Origin: Candidatus Poribacteria bacterium
GTDB lineage: Bacteria > Poribacteria > WGA-4E > PCPOR2b
Direction of reading: 5' to 3'
Length of the DNA: 64,000 nucleotides
NCBI GenBank assembly: GCA_965208325.1
Contig: OZ242326.1
Coordinates: 1,984,001 to 2,048,000 of the forward strand
Shown in pieces: positions 32,045 through 42,652 of this stretch (positions are counted from its first letter, which is position 1; the number at the start of each line of letters is the position of its first letter). The notes under the pieces were generated by a model that was not told where the DNA came from, made no database searches, and was given only the letters and a program-made list of their open reading frames with translations. A program made the translations under genes and the position numbers.

Positions 32045-34048
32045 ATGCTCGCAACCCGCAAAGCACCGAAACGCCGAAACCGTGAAAATCTGCCTTCCCT
32101 CAATGCAACTCCTCCAATTATGAGAACATCTCCTCAATCTCAATTCGCCGCCTCGACCGGTGTTACGCCGCGTGCGGTTGTCATCGGGCTGATCTTGGTT
32201 GTCTTAAACGCCTACTGGCTGAATCATGTAATCTGGCGCGGGTTATTGCACACCTACATGTCACTGTTCGCCAATACGGTCTTCAGCCTATTTGTGGTTG
32301 TGGTGCTATTCCACCTTCTTTTGAAACGAATCCTGCCCCGGTACGCGCTGCACAATACGGAGGTGCTCGTCATCTATGTCATGGTGCTTATGGTTTCGAC
32401 TGTGGGCGGCAACACAAACATGGGCTATCTCGTCTATATCCTGGCGCACCCGTTTTGGTTTGCGGACGCGGAGAACGACTGGAACCAGTTGTTTGGCGGG
32501 TACATCCCCCAATGGTTTAACGTCCGGGAAAGGTCAGTTTTAAAAGGTTTTTTTGAGGGGGATTCGATTTTCCTAACTGCCACTCACATTTACAACTGGA
32601 TGGTGCCGTTTCTCGTTTGGTCGGCTTTTGTGTTTGTGCTCTACTTCGTGTTAATTTGCATAAACGCCGTTCTGCGAAGGCAGTTCTCGGAACATGAACG
32701 GTTGAGTTATCCCATCCCCCGGCTGCCGCTGGAGATAGGGAAGAATCCTGAGGGGTTTTTTAAGAACAGGCTGATGTGGGTTGGATTCAGCGTGGCTGGC
32801 GGGATCGAGATCCTCAACGGCGTAAGTTATCTGTATCCTTCCTTTCCGTATATTCCAATCAAGCCGTGGGACAATATCCACCTGTTCCCCGACGAGCCGT
32901 GGGACGCGCTTGGGACGATGCTGCTGTCTTTCAATCCGTTCATCATCGGCCTCACCTTTTTCATGCCGCTGGACCTGTCATTCTCCGCACTGTTCTTTTT
33001 CGCTCTCGGGAAAGCGTTACTCTTGGGGCGACGCGTTTTGGGCTTGCACACCGGATTCTACCTTGATGAACAGGCGCAGGGGGCTTGGATCGGCTTGGGT
33101 ATTCTCGCCTTATGGGTGGGGCGAAGGCATTTGAAAGGCGTGTTCAAGCACGCGGTTGGAACGGCGAGAACTGCCGATGATACAGCCGAACCCATGCGGT
33201 ACAGGTGGGCAATTTACGGGATTGTTGCCGGGCTTATTTTTATCGCTCTATTTGCCTACCATGCGGGCATTTCGATCTGGGCGGCGATAATCTTTTTTGG
33301 CTGTTACTTCCTGATGGCTATCGGATTAACGAAGGTACGGGCAGGACTCGGTCCGCCGCTGCACGAAACCATCGGGAAAGACCCTGCGAGTACGATGGTC
33401 GCGGCGCTCGGCACACGCACGATTGGCGCGCGGAATTTAACGTTGCTCTCCTTTTTTTTCTGGATGAACCGCGTCAACACGGCGCACCCGATGCCCAACC
33501 AGCTCGAAGCCTTTCACATCGGACGCCAAGGCGGCATCAACAATCGAAAGCTGCTTTCGGCGATGCTCCTCGCGCTGGCGGTCGGCATTCCGTGGACGTT
33601 TCTCGTATATCTGGGCATGGCTTATGATATCGGCGGCGGTGCCGCGTTTCATACAGTCGGAATCGGTTGGCAGAACTTCAGGTTGTTGGAGAGCCGACTG
33701 AGCAACCCGACGGAGGTGGACAGCTTCGCAATGATTGCCATGGGCACGGGATTCGGTGTGACGACGCTGCTGTCTGCGTTGAAGCTAAGGTTCCTGTGGT
33801 GGCCTCTGCATCCCATTGGCTACGTAATAGGGACGGGCAATTGGGGCGACATGTCGTTCATCTGGCTTCCGGTACTTTTCACTTGGGTGGTCAAGTCCTT
33901 GCTGTTGACGCACGGCGGTTTGCGGGTATACCGGAGCGCAATACCGTTTTTTGCGGGACTCATTCTCGGTGATTTTGTTGTGGGCGGTATGTGGAGCCTT
34001 GCCGGTATTGCGTTCAACACGCCGACGTACGCTATCTGGACGCGGTAA
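32045..34048 (+). CDS. Multi-pass membrane protein, DUF6785/DUF6784-like putative transporter
   Basis: Many TM segments; RRQFSEHERLSYP, WWPLHPIGY, PFFAGLILGD. Confidence 0.8.
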   Translation: MLATRKAPKRRNRENLPSLNATPPIMRTSPQSQFAASTGVTPRAVVIGLILVVLNAYWLNHVIWRGLLHTYMSLFANTVFSLFVVVVLFHLLLKRILPRYALHNTEVLVIYVMVLMVSTVGGNTNMGYLVYILAHPFWFADAENDWNQLFGGYIPQWFNVRERSVLKGFFEGDSIFLTATHIYNWMVPFLVWSAFVFVLYFVLICINAVLRRQFSEHERLSYPIPRLPLEIGKNPEGFFKNRLMWVGFSVAGGIEILNGVSYLYPSFPYIPIKPWDNIHLFPDEPWDALGTMLLSFNPFIIGLTFFMPLDLSFSALFFFALGKALLLGRRVLGLHTGFYLDEQAQGAWIGLGILALWVGRRHLKGVFKHAVGTARTADDTAEPMRYRWAIYGIVAGLIFIALFAYHAGISIWAAIIFFGCYFLMAIGLTKVRAGLGPPLHETIGKDPASTMVAALGTRTIGARNLTLLSFFFWMNRVNTAHPMPNQLEAFHIGRQGGINNRKLLSAMLLALAVGIPWTFLVYLGMAYDIGGGAAFHTVGIGWQNFRLLESRLSNPTEVDSFAMIAMGTGFGVTTLLSALKLRFLWWPLHPIGYVIGTGNWGDMSFIWLPVLFTWVVKSLLLTHGGLRVYRSAIPFFAGLILGDFVVGGMWSLAGIAFNTPTYAIWTR

Positions 34049-34242
34049 AGTAGGATTAATTCCCACAACTGAAGCGTCCAGAGCGCGCCAAAATCTTGTT
34101 GCGTTCATTTTGATGCTGTGATAGGATAGTGCAACGCCCGATTTGGGCAAGCTATCGATTTAGCAATCATCCGAGCGGTTAGCGAGAGCAATAGTGTTCA
34201 AGTCTTTACCTGATTTAGCAACTCATACCCCCCTTTGACTCT

Positions 34243-35304
34243 ATGAAGGAGAACGATATGCACTACACCCTTGAAATGCGCGGAAGGTACATACAGGGGC
34301 CGGGGGCAATTCATGAGATAGGACGGTTCACCGCGGGATTGGGGGATAAAGCCCTCCTCATGGGCGGGCCCACGGCGTTGTCACTAACTCAGGTTGCGAT
34401 ATCCGACAGTCTGAAAGAACATAATGTTGACACCGTTGTGAACCGGTTCCGAGGAACGCACGACGATGATGAGATTGAGCGGTTGGCGAAGATTGCGGAT
34501 GAATCCGGCGCCAACGTCGTCATCGGGATTGGCGGCGGCCAAGCGTTGGACACCTCAAAAGGCATATCCCACAGCAGAGGACTTCCGCTGGTCCAGGTAC
34601 CGACGGTCGCGTCGACAGATGCGCCTTGCGCGGGCGGTCCGCTTCTAGTCATCGCCGATACGGAGATAATCGTAAAGAGCCCTCCGCGATACACGGTTGC
34701 CGGAATGGGTGACGCACTCTCCACGCCGTTCGAGGCGGAGGCATGCATCAAATCGTCCGCGCCGAATTTCCGAGAGGGGCGCGCCACAGAATTAGCGTAC
34801 GCAGCGGCGAAATTGTGCTATGACATCGTTATGGAACACGGGATAGAGGCGAAGCGCTGTAACGAGGAGGGGCGCTTGTCCGAGGCGTTCGAAAAAATCG
34901 TTGAAGCAAACACGCTCTTGAGCGGGGTGGGATACGAAAACTGTGGACTATCTATCGCGCACGGGCTATGGAACGGTTTTAAGCGTGTCGACGGCTTCCG
35001 GGAGAGCGGCACACTACACGGCGAAGCGGTCGCTTGGTTCACGCTTGTCCAATTGGTTCTGGAAGGACGTTCTGACGAATTTATTAATGAGATGCTCGCC
35101 TTCTACAATGCCGTCGATCTTCCGGTCGCCCTGGACGATAGCCGGCTGGTGAACGCTAGCCGAGACATGATTGACGCCGGCGTGGAATTCACGATGGAGC
35201 CGGGCAGCTCAATATATTATACACCGCTATCGCTAGATGCAAATACGGTTCACGACGCAATCCGCCAAACGGACGCCATCGGGCGCGCTTCCAGAAACAG
35301 TTGA
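34243..35304 (+). CDS. Glycerol dehydrogenase-like metal-dependent alcohol dehydrogenase
   Basis: GIGGGQALDTSK, PTVASTDAPC, GMGDAL, EANTLLSGVG, HGEAVA. Confidence 0.85.
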   Translation: MKENDMHYTLEMRGRYIQGPGAIHEIGRFTAGLGDKALLMGGPTALSLTQVAISDSLKEHNVDTVVNRFRGTHDDDEIERLAKIADESGANVVIGIGGGQALDTSKGISHSRGLPLVQVPTVASTDAPCAGGPLLVIADTEIIVKSPPRYTVAGMGDALSTPFEAEACIKSSAPNFREGRATELAYAAAKLCYDIVMEHGIEAKRCNEEGRLSEAFEKIVEANTLLSGVGYENCGLSIAHGLWNGFKRVDGFRESGTLHGEAVAWFTLVQLVLEGRSDEFINEMLAFYNAVDLPVALDDSRLVNASRDMIDAGVEFTMEPGSSIYYTPLSLDANTVHDAIRQTDAIGRASRNS

Positions 35305-35492
35305 CCGCGGCATTCACCGGAAACAACAGCCTGAAGCGGCGCCAAACAATTGGCGAAAATAAAACTAGAGGAAAGTCGATGGTTCATGCTTTCGAGCATT
35401 GTGCGGGGCAAGGAAGATCTCTATCGCACTCCTTATTCAGTCGCTTGATCCCCGACGACAAGGCGCGGCGGCATACCCGGGGCAAGGGGGAT

Positions 35493-35699
35493 CTCTATCG
35501 CGCGGGATTTACTATCGCCTTCGCTATTCGCTCAGTTGATTCTATTCAGTCGCTTGATTCCACCAAATACATTACACCAGCATTGAGCGGGGCAAGATGC
35601 CCCGCCTACAAGGCGCGGTGGTACACACGGGGCAAGATGCACCACCTACGGAAGGTAGCGGGATACTATACACCTGCCGCCCCTCTGGGGCTGTATAAA
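35493..35699. repeat. Composite dispersed repeat containing GCGGGGCAAGATGCCCCGCCTAC
   Basis: Homologous copy at 57244-57409. Confidence 0.85.
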
Positions 35700-35724
35700 A
35701 TGAACGCGCTATACTAGTGAAAGG

Positions 35725-36714
35725 GTGAATATGATTCTTGAAATACTGGCAGCAGCGATTGCGTTGGCGTTAATCTCGACATCTGTGAGTCACGCGGCTT
35801 CTATTATTGTCGCCGCTTCAAACTCTTCGCCTGAATCAAAAGAGCGCGCAGACTTCATCTGTGACGGCACGAACGACCAGGTTAAGCTGCTAGAGTCCAT
35901 AACCCGTGCGAGCCGCGTCACAACTAAAGTTGACACTGCACCTGCGGTTCAAAAGAGCGTGGAGTGTTATGGCAGGCATTCGGTTGAATGGGTACCCGGT
36001 GACTACTATTTGGGAGAGACGCTGACTATCCCCGACGCCGCGGATGTTGCCATTCATGCGGAGGGAACATACTTTCATTACATACCCAAGGAAGGCGATG
36101 CGGTCGTCGTCACCGGGATGAATCGGTGCCGATACTACTTTGGGACAATCGAATCCAATTCCAGCGGGGCAGCAATCCTAGTGAAACCCACCGCAGAGAT
36201 GCCGGCGCTCATGAGTTTTCTGAATTTTACCGGCTTGCTTGGAAGCGACCAGCGCGGAACAGGGCTATACCTCGATTCTACCCAGTCGGGCGTCTGCTGC
36301 AACCGGTTTGAAGGCACCGACATTATGGGCTTCGATACCGGCGTGTTCGTCAGCGACGCTATCGCAAAATGTGATACGAATTGGTTCTGGTTTAGCTACA
36401 TCCGGATGTGCAACACCGGTATCCAAGAACTCGGAAAGGGCGTCGATGACAATGTCTGGAACGTAAATGTCGACGCTAGCATTCCCGATTCCCTCTCGCT
36501 CCGCACCGCGGCGACGCACGGGAAATGGTACGTTATCATGGGCACATGGACTTTTGAAGGCGTCAACAATGCGGTAATCCTCGATCCGGGTGCAAGCCAA
36601 AACGTAATCGAAGTCCATCCGCCGTTGGAAGATTTCGCATGGGAGGATAACAGCGGCAATAACACAAACATCATTCTTACCGCGAAGCGGTATCTCAATG
36701 CCCAATGTTGTTAG
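35725..36714 (+). CDS. Secreted hypothetical protein, possibly pectin-lyase-like beta-helix
   Basis: Signal peptide; ADFICDGTNDQ motif; beta-rich composition. Confidence 0.7.
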   Translation: MNMILEILAAAIALALISTSVSHAASIIVAASNSSPESKERADFICDGTNDQVKLLESITRASRVTTKVDTAPAVQKSVECYGRHSVEWVPGDYYLGETLTIPDAADVAIHAEGTYFHYIPKEGDAVVVTGMNRCRYYFGTIESNSSGAAILVKPTAEMPALMSFLNFTGLLGSDQRGTGLYLDSTQSGVCCNRFEGTDIMGFDTGVFVSDAIAKCDTNWFWFSYIRMCNTGIQELGKGVDDNVWNVNVDASIPDSLSLRTAATHGKWYVIMGTWTFEGVNNAVILDPGASQNVIEVHPPLEDFAWEDNSGNNTNIILTAKRYLNAQCC

Positions 36715-36768
36715 CGCGCACCATCTTTAAGGAATAAGCCTTAAAACTATGAAAGGGAGGGACAAATA

Positions 36769-37566
36769 TTGAAAACGTTAGTTTCGACTTTATTAATGAC
36801 GGTTCTAGCTACGGCGTTTTATGTTACAGAAGCCGATGCAGCCCTCGACGAAGACATTGTACTCGCCATGCCGTTTGATGAAGGCAAAGGCGAAACCACG
36901 AAAGATCTCTCTGCACACGCTAACCACGGCACCCTCATGCAGAACGCGGGATGGGCAAAGGGTAAATTTGGCAACGGCATAATCGTTGAACCGGTTGGCT
37001 ATGTAGATGCCGGAAACGATCCGAGTCTGAGTCTGTTCAAAACAGATTTCACGCTTGCCGCATGGGTCCACATGAAAGACACCGTCGTCCACCAACACGG
37101 GTTCATGGGTCACGATGAAGGCGGCGGAACAACGAACAAATGGATTTTTCGATACAATAAAGGCGGCAGCCAGAGCATCAATTTTCATATCAATAGAGCC
37201 GACGGTGCAGGAGTTAATCAACTTGAACCCGGTGTTTGGAAAACAAAACCCAATACATGGTATCAGGCGGCTGTGGTTCGATCCGGGAACAAGTACACGT
37301 TTTACACCGACGGCAAAAGAGATGGGCAGATGGAGAGTGATGTGGCCGTCCCAAATTTCATCGACGCCCCAGTCACGATCGGTTGGGCAGAAGGCCCCAT
37401 TGCGCTGGACGGCCGTATCGACGAAGCCCTAATCGCTAAGCGAGCCTTCACCGCCGATGAAATTAAATCGCACTTCCAGGGCGGCGTCAAACAGGTGTTG
37501 GCGGTGCAGCCCGTAGGCAAAGCCGCTACCATCTGGGGCGCCATCAAAACGCGGACATTGCGATAG
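36769..37566 (+). CDS. Secreted LamG/concanavalin-A-like protein 1
   Basis: FDEGKG..D.S...NHG; GKFG; DGRIDE; C-terminal AVQPVGKAATIWGAIK. Confidence 0.92.
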   Translation: MKTLVSTLLMTVLATAFYVTEADAALDEDIVLAMPFDEGKGETTKDLSAHANHGTLMQNAGWAKGKFGNGIIVEPVGYVDAGNDPSLSLFKTDFTLAAWVHMKDTVVHQHGFMGHDEGGGTTNKWIFRYNKGGSQSINFHINRADGAGVNQLEPGVWKTKPNTWYQAAVVRSGNKYTFYTDGKRDGQMESDVAVPNFIDAPVTIGWAEGPIALDGRIDEALIAKRAFTADEIKSHFQGGVKQVLAVQPVGKAATIWGAIKTRTLR

Positions 37567-37602
37567 GTTTCCGACATTAGCCTTATGCGGGAAGGACAGC
37601 CT

Positions 37603-38400
37603 ATGAAGGCGTTGGTTTCGGCGACTCTGATTACCGCATGGTGCGCCGCCTTCTACGGTGGATATGCTCAAGCAGCCGGCATCGGCGACATCGTGCTTGC
37701 CATGCCGTTTGATGAAGGCGAAGGCGAGGTCACGATGGACATCTCCCCTCACCGGAACCACGGCACGCTCATGGAAAATGCGGGTTGGGGCATTGGCAAA
37801 TTTGGCAACGCCCTACAGGTCGAACCGGTCGGTTATGTGGATGCCGGCACTGATCCAAGTCTGAGTCTGTTTGACACAGACTTCACGCTTGCCGTTTGGG
37901 TCAACATGAAGGAAACTGTCGCCCACCAACACGGGTTCATGGCTCAGGATGAAGGCGGCGGGCCGGCGAATAACAAATGGATGCTGCGATACAATAAAGG
38001 CGGGGTTCGGAGCGTCAACTTCCATATCCATAGAGCCGACGGCGGTTCTATGCAGCTTGAACCCGGTTTTTGGCGAGCTAATCCCGATACATGGTATCAG
38101 GTCGCCGTCGTTAGAGCTGGAAACGAATACACGTTTTACACCGACGGCAAACGCGATCTGGAGCTAGAGAGCGACCTTGCTGTTGCAAAATTCATTGACG
38201 CGCCGGTAACAGTCGGCTGGGCAGAGGGCCCTATTGCGACGGACGGACTTATTGACGAGGCATTGATTGTGAAGCGGGCTTTTACCCCCGATGAAATAAA
38301 AACGCATTTTGAAGGGGGAGTTCACGACGTGTTGGCAGTTCAGCCACAAGGCAAATCTGCTGCAGTCTGGGGCGCCATTAAGGCGCAAATATTACGTTGA
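37603..38400 (+). CDS. Secreted LamG-like protein 2
   Basis: Paralog of protein 1; C-terminal AVQPQGKSAAVWGAIK. Confidence 0.92.
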   Translation: MKALVSATLITAWCAAFYGGYAQAAGIGDIVLAMPFDEGEGEVTMDISPHRNHGTLMENAGWGIGKFGNALQVEPVGYVDAGTDPSLSLFDTDFTLAVWVNMKETVAHQHGFMAQDEGGGPANNKWMLRYNKGGVRSVNFHIHRADGGSMQLEPGFWRANPDTWYQVAVVRAGNEYTFYTDGKRDLELESDLAVAKFIDAPVTVGWAEGPIATDGLIDEALIVKRAFTPDEIKTHFEGGVHDVLAVQPQGKSAAVWGAIKAQILR

Positions 38401-38436
38401 GATTTCCCACCAAAATCCCATGAAGGAGGAATTCCA

Positions 38437-39237
38437 ATGAAAACCCTAATTTCGATTTTTATGATTGCCGCTATAGCCGTCTTTTTTTGTGCCGGCGAGA
38501 CAGCAGCGGCCGGCAGCGATGAAGACATTGTGCTCGCCATGCCTTTTGACGAAGGTGAAGGCAATTCCACCATGGACATTTCTCCCCACGGCAACCACGG
38601 TACGCTTATGGAAAACGCGAGTTGGGGAGCAGGTAAATTTGGTAACGCCGTACAGTTTGAACCGGTCGGTTATGTGGATGCCGGAAATGATGAAAGTTTG
38701 AGTCTATCTGGCACAGACTTCACGCTTGCAGTGTGGGTCAACATGACAGATACCGTCGGCCACCAACACGGGTTCATGGCTCAGGATGAAGGCGGCGGGC
38801 CGCGTAACAAATGGATTTTACGGTACAATAGGGGCGCCAGCCAAAGTGTTAACTTCCATATCAATACAGCCGACGGCGGGTCTATGCAGCTTGAACCGGG
38901 CCTTTGGGATGTGCAGCCAAACACATGGCATCAGGTCGCCGTCGTTAGAGCGGGAAACGCATACACGTTTTTCACCGATGGCGAGCAGAGCGCGCAGTTA
39001 GAGAACGACCTCCCCGTTCCGCCTGTTATCGACGCACCGGTCACTGTCGGTTGGGCGGAAGGTCCCATTGCTATGAGCGGCCTTATTGACGAAGCCCTAA
39101 TCGCGAGGCGCGCCTTCACGTCCGATGAAATCAAGATGCACTACGACGGCGGAGTGCAACAACTACTCGTCGCAGTTCAGCCCACAGGCAAATCTGCTGC
39201 CGTTTGGGGAAACATCAAGGCGAAAGCATCGCGCTGA
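38437..39237 (+). CDS. Secreted LamG-like protein 3
   Basis: Paralog of protein 1; AGGAGG RBS; C-terminal AVQPTGKSAAVWGNIK. Confidence 0.92.
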   Translation: MKTLISIFMIAAIAVFFCAGETAAAGSDEDIVLAMPFDEGEGNSTMDISPHGNHGTLMENASWGAGKFGNAVQFEPVGYVDAGNDESLSLSGTDFTLAVWVNMTDTVGHQHGFMAQDEGGGPRNKWILRYNRGASQSVNFHINTADGGSMQLEPGLWDVQPNTWHQVAVVRAGNAYTFFTDGEQSAQLENDLPVPPVIDAPVTVGWAEGPIAMSGLIDEALIARRAFTSDEIKMHYDGGVQQLLVAVQPTGKSAAVWGNIKAKASR

Positions 39238-39424
39238 AAATCCCAACGGTAATCTTATAGGGGAGTTCTTGTAGGATCAACCGAGTGAATAACGAGGGCG
39301 ATAGTCTTCTCCCCGCATCAAATCCTCATCCTTGATAAGCTTTCTATTACCCACAAGTGTCTGGAGGTAGACGCCGTCTATGTTGCGGCTAAGAACGATT
39401 GTTCATTTCGGTATGGTGTAAACT

Positions 39425-39860
39425 GTGGGAGGGACATCCCTGTCCCGATGAGCAGGGCTAGGCAGCCCTTCCCACAGGCGCTTCACAGCATGGTAACGTC
39501 AAGAATGAGAGGAAAAAACCGTACCCTATCCGACTTTGCGGACTTGTGCGTAATAGTAAGCTTTATAAAGGGGATCGAGAGGGGGTTGCGTGCTTTCAGC
39601 CCGCGTTTTATCTGAATTCTAATCTGAATTTGCAATTTAGCTCTTGTAGGTTGGGTTGAGCGGTGTTAACGCACCAACGCATGTATGCCGCGAATGTTAC
39701 TTGTTCTGGTTGCGTTCAAAATTTGAACTGATGAAGTGTAACTCAACGTTTTTTGTTAAATGCGAAATGTATCGTTGACCGGTAGTTGCAGAAAACTATC
39801 GGCTTCGCTATCCGTTCAGTTGATTTTCGAAAATCGGGAGAAGGATCTCCCTCCCACAGC
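39425..39860. repeat. Cluster of GTGG/GTAG-footed REP-like palindromes
   Basis: GTGGGAGGGACATCCCTGTCCC, AGGGCTAGGCAGCCCTTCCCAC, GTAGGTTGGGTTGAGCG, GGGAGAAGGATCTCCCTCCCAC. Confidence 0.7.
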
Positions 39861-39946
39861 GTTGCGGCACGCGGCATTTTAACCTGTGGGAAATAGTAAG
39901 CTGATAGGAACTGATTGCGCAATTGCGCGTATACCACGCATTGCAA

Positions 39947-40765
39947 ATGTTAACCCAAAGACAACGACAACACTTTGATTCCTTCGGATTCGTGCTGTTG
40001 CGCCAGTTGTTTGACGCCGGCGAAATGGACACTCTGCGCCGGGAGTTTGAAATCGGGCTTGAGAGTAAGTATCGCCATGCCCCCTTCGACGGCACCCGGA
40101 TGCACCACACGTACCTGATGGAATCGAACACGCCGTTCTTTGCGTCTCTGCTCGAAGACGAGCGATTCGCCTCAGTTGCCGAGTCGCTCGGCGGATCGGA
40201 CATCCTCGGCATCAACGCGACCGGCAACCGCCACGTCGGCAATACGCCTTGGCACGCGGATACCGACAGCTACCATCAATACGGCGTAAAGTTCGTATTC
40301 TATTTCGATCCCCTCACCGCCGCGAACGGAGCGCTCCGCGTTGTCCCCGGATCGCATCGCCGCCCATACTTCGAACAGATGCGCGAGTTTACAAGCATTC
40401 ACCAAATTCCGGACGGTTCTACTATAGATGAGGTTCCCGCTTTCGGCATCGAGTCTGAGCCGGGCGATGTGATTGTCTTCGACCATCGCCTTTCGCATGC
40501 GAGCCGCGGCGGGCGGGACGACCGGCGGCTCGGCGCTGTTGTGTATTACCACAACCCCGCAACTCCTGAAGAAGAGAAAGCGCTCCGTTGGGCGTTCCAC
40601 AAACGAAAAAAATCCGATCTCGAAAAATTTGGCTTGTCCGTCGGTCCATGGTACGATGCGGACTGGTGGTCGGCTCCGAACCCCAGCCCGAGACGGTTGC
40701 GATGGCGCCAACGCCTTGAATCCCTCGACTTCTTCTCCCCGCTTAACGACCAAGTCACTGAATAG
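39947..40765 (+). CDS. PhyH family dioxygenase
   Basis: WHAD, NGALRVVPGSH, PGDVIVFDHRLSH. Confidence 0.9.
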   Translation: MLTQRQRQHFDSFGFVLLRQLFDAGEMDTLRREFEIGLESKYRHAPFDGTRMHHTYLMESNTPFFASLLEDERFASVAESLGGSDILGINATGNRHVGNTPWHADTDSYHQYGVKFVFYFDPLTAANGALRVVPGSHRRPYFEQMREFTSIHQIPDGSTIDEVPAFGIESEPGDVIVFDHRLSHASRGGRDDRRLGAVVYYHNPATPEEEKALRWAFHKRKKSDLEKFGLSVGPWYDADWWSAPNPSPRRLRWRQRLESLDFFSPLNDQVTE

Positions 40766-40856
40766 ATCCGTATCGGTTGGTTTGTGCGGGCTTGCGAAAC
40801 CCAACGACCAGACCCGCCATTGGACATACGGTGCCGAACGAAAGGAGAATTTCAAA

Positions 40857-41648
40857 ATGAAGCTAATTAAACTGTGTGTTATTTGTATTCCGTTTCTGTT
40901 ATCTGCAGCCGGATGCGCAAAGCCAAAGTCGTCCGACTACCCCATAATCAGTCCGGATAAGGTTGTCGCCATGTGGCTTTTTGACGAAGACCACAAAGAA
41001 ATCGCCTATGATTCGTCCGGCAATGGACACGATGGGGCACTGATGGCGCTCACCACGCGAGTCCCCGGCAAGTTTGGCACAGCTTTGCAATTTGGCGGTG
41101 CGGGCGATGCCGTCGTCGTCCCCGATTTTGGTGAGTCTGTTCCCGCTAGCGAAGTGACCGTGGCGGCGTGGATCAAACTTGAAGAGATTAAGAATCACGA
41201 CCTTTTCAGTTTGGTTCCCATTAGCCGAGTTGGTCATTGGAGACCCGACATCCTCGATCGATTTACGGTGCATTTTCCGTGGAACAGACCCTATCCGAAC
41301 ATGATTCACTGGCAATTTGGCGGGGAACAGATTTGGATGCATCGTCCCTCGGAAACGCTAGGCAGGTGGGAACATTGGGCATTTGTATGCAGTGCCAGCC
41401 AAAAATTCATGAAAATCTACAGAAATGGGTCCGAGGTGGCGTGGTATAAGAGCGCGGGCCAATATTCTCCCCGTATTGCGGATTTGCACATCGGCGGGCG
41501 GCCTAGAGACTTATTGGGCGGCACTCCCGGAGGCACCTTTGGCGGCATTATCGACGAGTTCGCCGTTTTCAACGTTGCGCTAAATGAGCGCGAAATCGTA
41601 TCGCTGATGGGCGGGATTCAGAATGCCGTCACCCCAATGGAGCCATAA
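40857..41648 (+). CDS. LamG-like lipoprotein
   Basis: AAGGAG RBS; lipobox-like LSAAGC; DSSGNGHDG, GKFG, GIIDE. Confidence 0.85.
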   Translation: MKLIKLCVICIPFLLSAAGCAKPKSSDYPIISPDKVVAMWLFDEDHKEIAYDSSGNGHDGALMALTTRVPGKFGTALQFGGAGDAVVVPDFGESVPASEVTVAAWIKLEEIKNHDLFSLVPISRVGHWRPDILDRFTVHFPWNRPYPNMIHWQFGGEQIWMHRPSETLGRWEHWAFVCSASQKFMKIYRNGSEVAWYKSAGQYSPRIADLHIGGRPRDLLGGTPGGTFGGIIDEFAVFNVALNEREIVSLMGGIQNAVTPMEP

Positions 41649-41683
41649 GGTTTTAATCAACACAATTTAGAATATACTAACTA

Positions 41684-42070
41684 TTAAATTGAGTTGCGAC
41701 TGCCATCGGCACTGTCAACTCCGGCCACACGCGCCTCCCCGCAGATGTCAACTAGCCCCGAAGCGGGACCCACGCTGACTAATTGGCGGCGATCTTCCGC
41801 TCGTACGTAACGCACAGAAATGCGTTTTGCAAACTGATACGGCGCAAGTTCAATCGTAATCGGCATGACCGCTTTGCCGCTATCGAAGGCACTTATCCAG
41901 CGCCGAAGCTCTCGCGTCGCTTTGTAGCGGTCTTTCCCAATCACAATTAGGCCCGCCACTGAAATTTCGTACGCTTGTCCGTCTTTCAATACCACAGCGA
42001 TGGCACAGCTGCGCATGTCTGCAATGCGCCCGCGGTCAATGTCCTCCTGAGTAATCTCTATCGTCCACAT
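41684..42070 (-). CDS. Small hypothetical protein
   Basis: GGAGG RBS and TGGACA-N18-TATAAT upstream on the minus strand. Confidence 0.65.
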   Translation of the reverse strand: MWTIEITQEDIDRGRIADMRSCAIAVVLKDGQAYEISVAGLIVIGKDRYKATRELRRWISAFDSGKAVMPITIELAPYQFAKRISVRYVRAEDRRQLVSVGPASGLVDICGEARVAGVDSADGSRNSI

Positions 42071-42279
42071 ATTGAAATCTCCCTCCAAATTGAAAAAGTC
42101 AGTTTAATGCGTCCACGTAAAAATTATACTATACAAATGTTTAGTCTGTCCACCTGATTTTCAAATTGTTTTCGGATTTTTTTTCGCCGAAAACTCAAGT
42201 CGGGAAAGGTCTTGCGCCCGCGCAAACATTCTCGGCATGGAGATGGATTCGAATTGTTAAAACATCTCTGCCATCGCCG

Positions 42280-42308
42280 TTGACTATATTTCGCCATTAT
42301 GACATAAT
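42280..42308 (+). promoter_or_regulatory. Promoter-like TTGACT-N17-CATAAT with extended TG
   Basis: Consensus-like spacing. Confidence 0.5.
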
Positions 42309-42652
42309 CTTGAAAATCTTTCCGATGGAACGGTAGTTTATCGCAGTGTTTGAAACGTCCAGATAACCCGCCGGGGGGCGTCAGCGCCAGAACGATTCGA
42401 AAAAGAGATTACAATTGGCGTATTTGGATTTCGGATCGGTTTGTTGAATTCGGAAGTTGATAGGGTTGCCGGAGGTTACAAAAGCGTTGGGTTTCGCTCC
42501 GCGTGTATTGACAGCAGCATTATCAGGAATTCGTAACGTTTATTGCTGCCTGACCGTATTGGGATTAACCGCTCTACCCAACCTACAAAAACTAGTTAGG
42601 CAGTTAGCGATTCGCAACCACTAACCCTCTATATGGAGTAAAACACGGAGAG

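Noticed and set aside
35301..35717. 138-aa ORF after the glycerol dehydrogenase gene
   Set aside because: Mostly made of the dispersed composite repeat also found at 57244.
36769..39237. Diversity-generating retroelement acting on the LamG paralogs
   Set aside because: No reverse transcriptase in the window; differences are not adenine-specific and look like ordinary paralog divergence.
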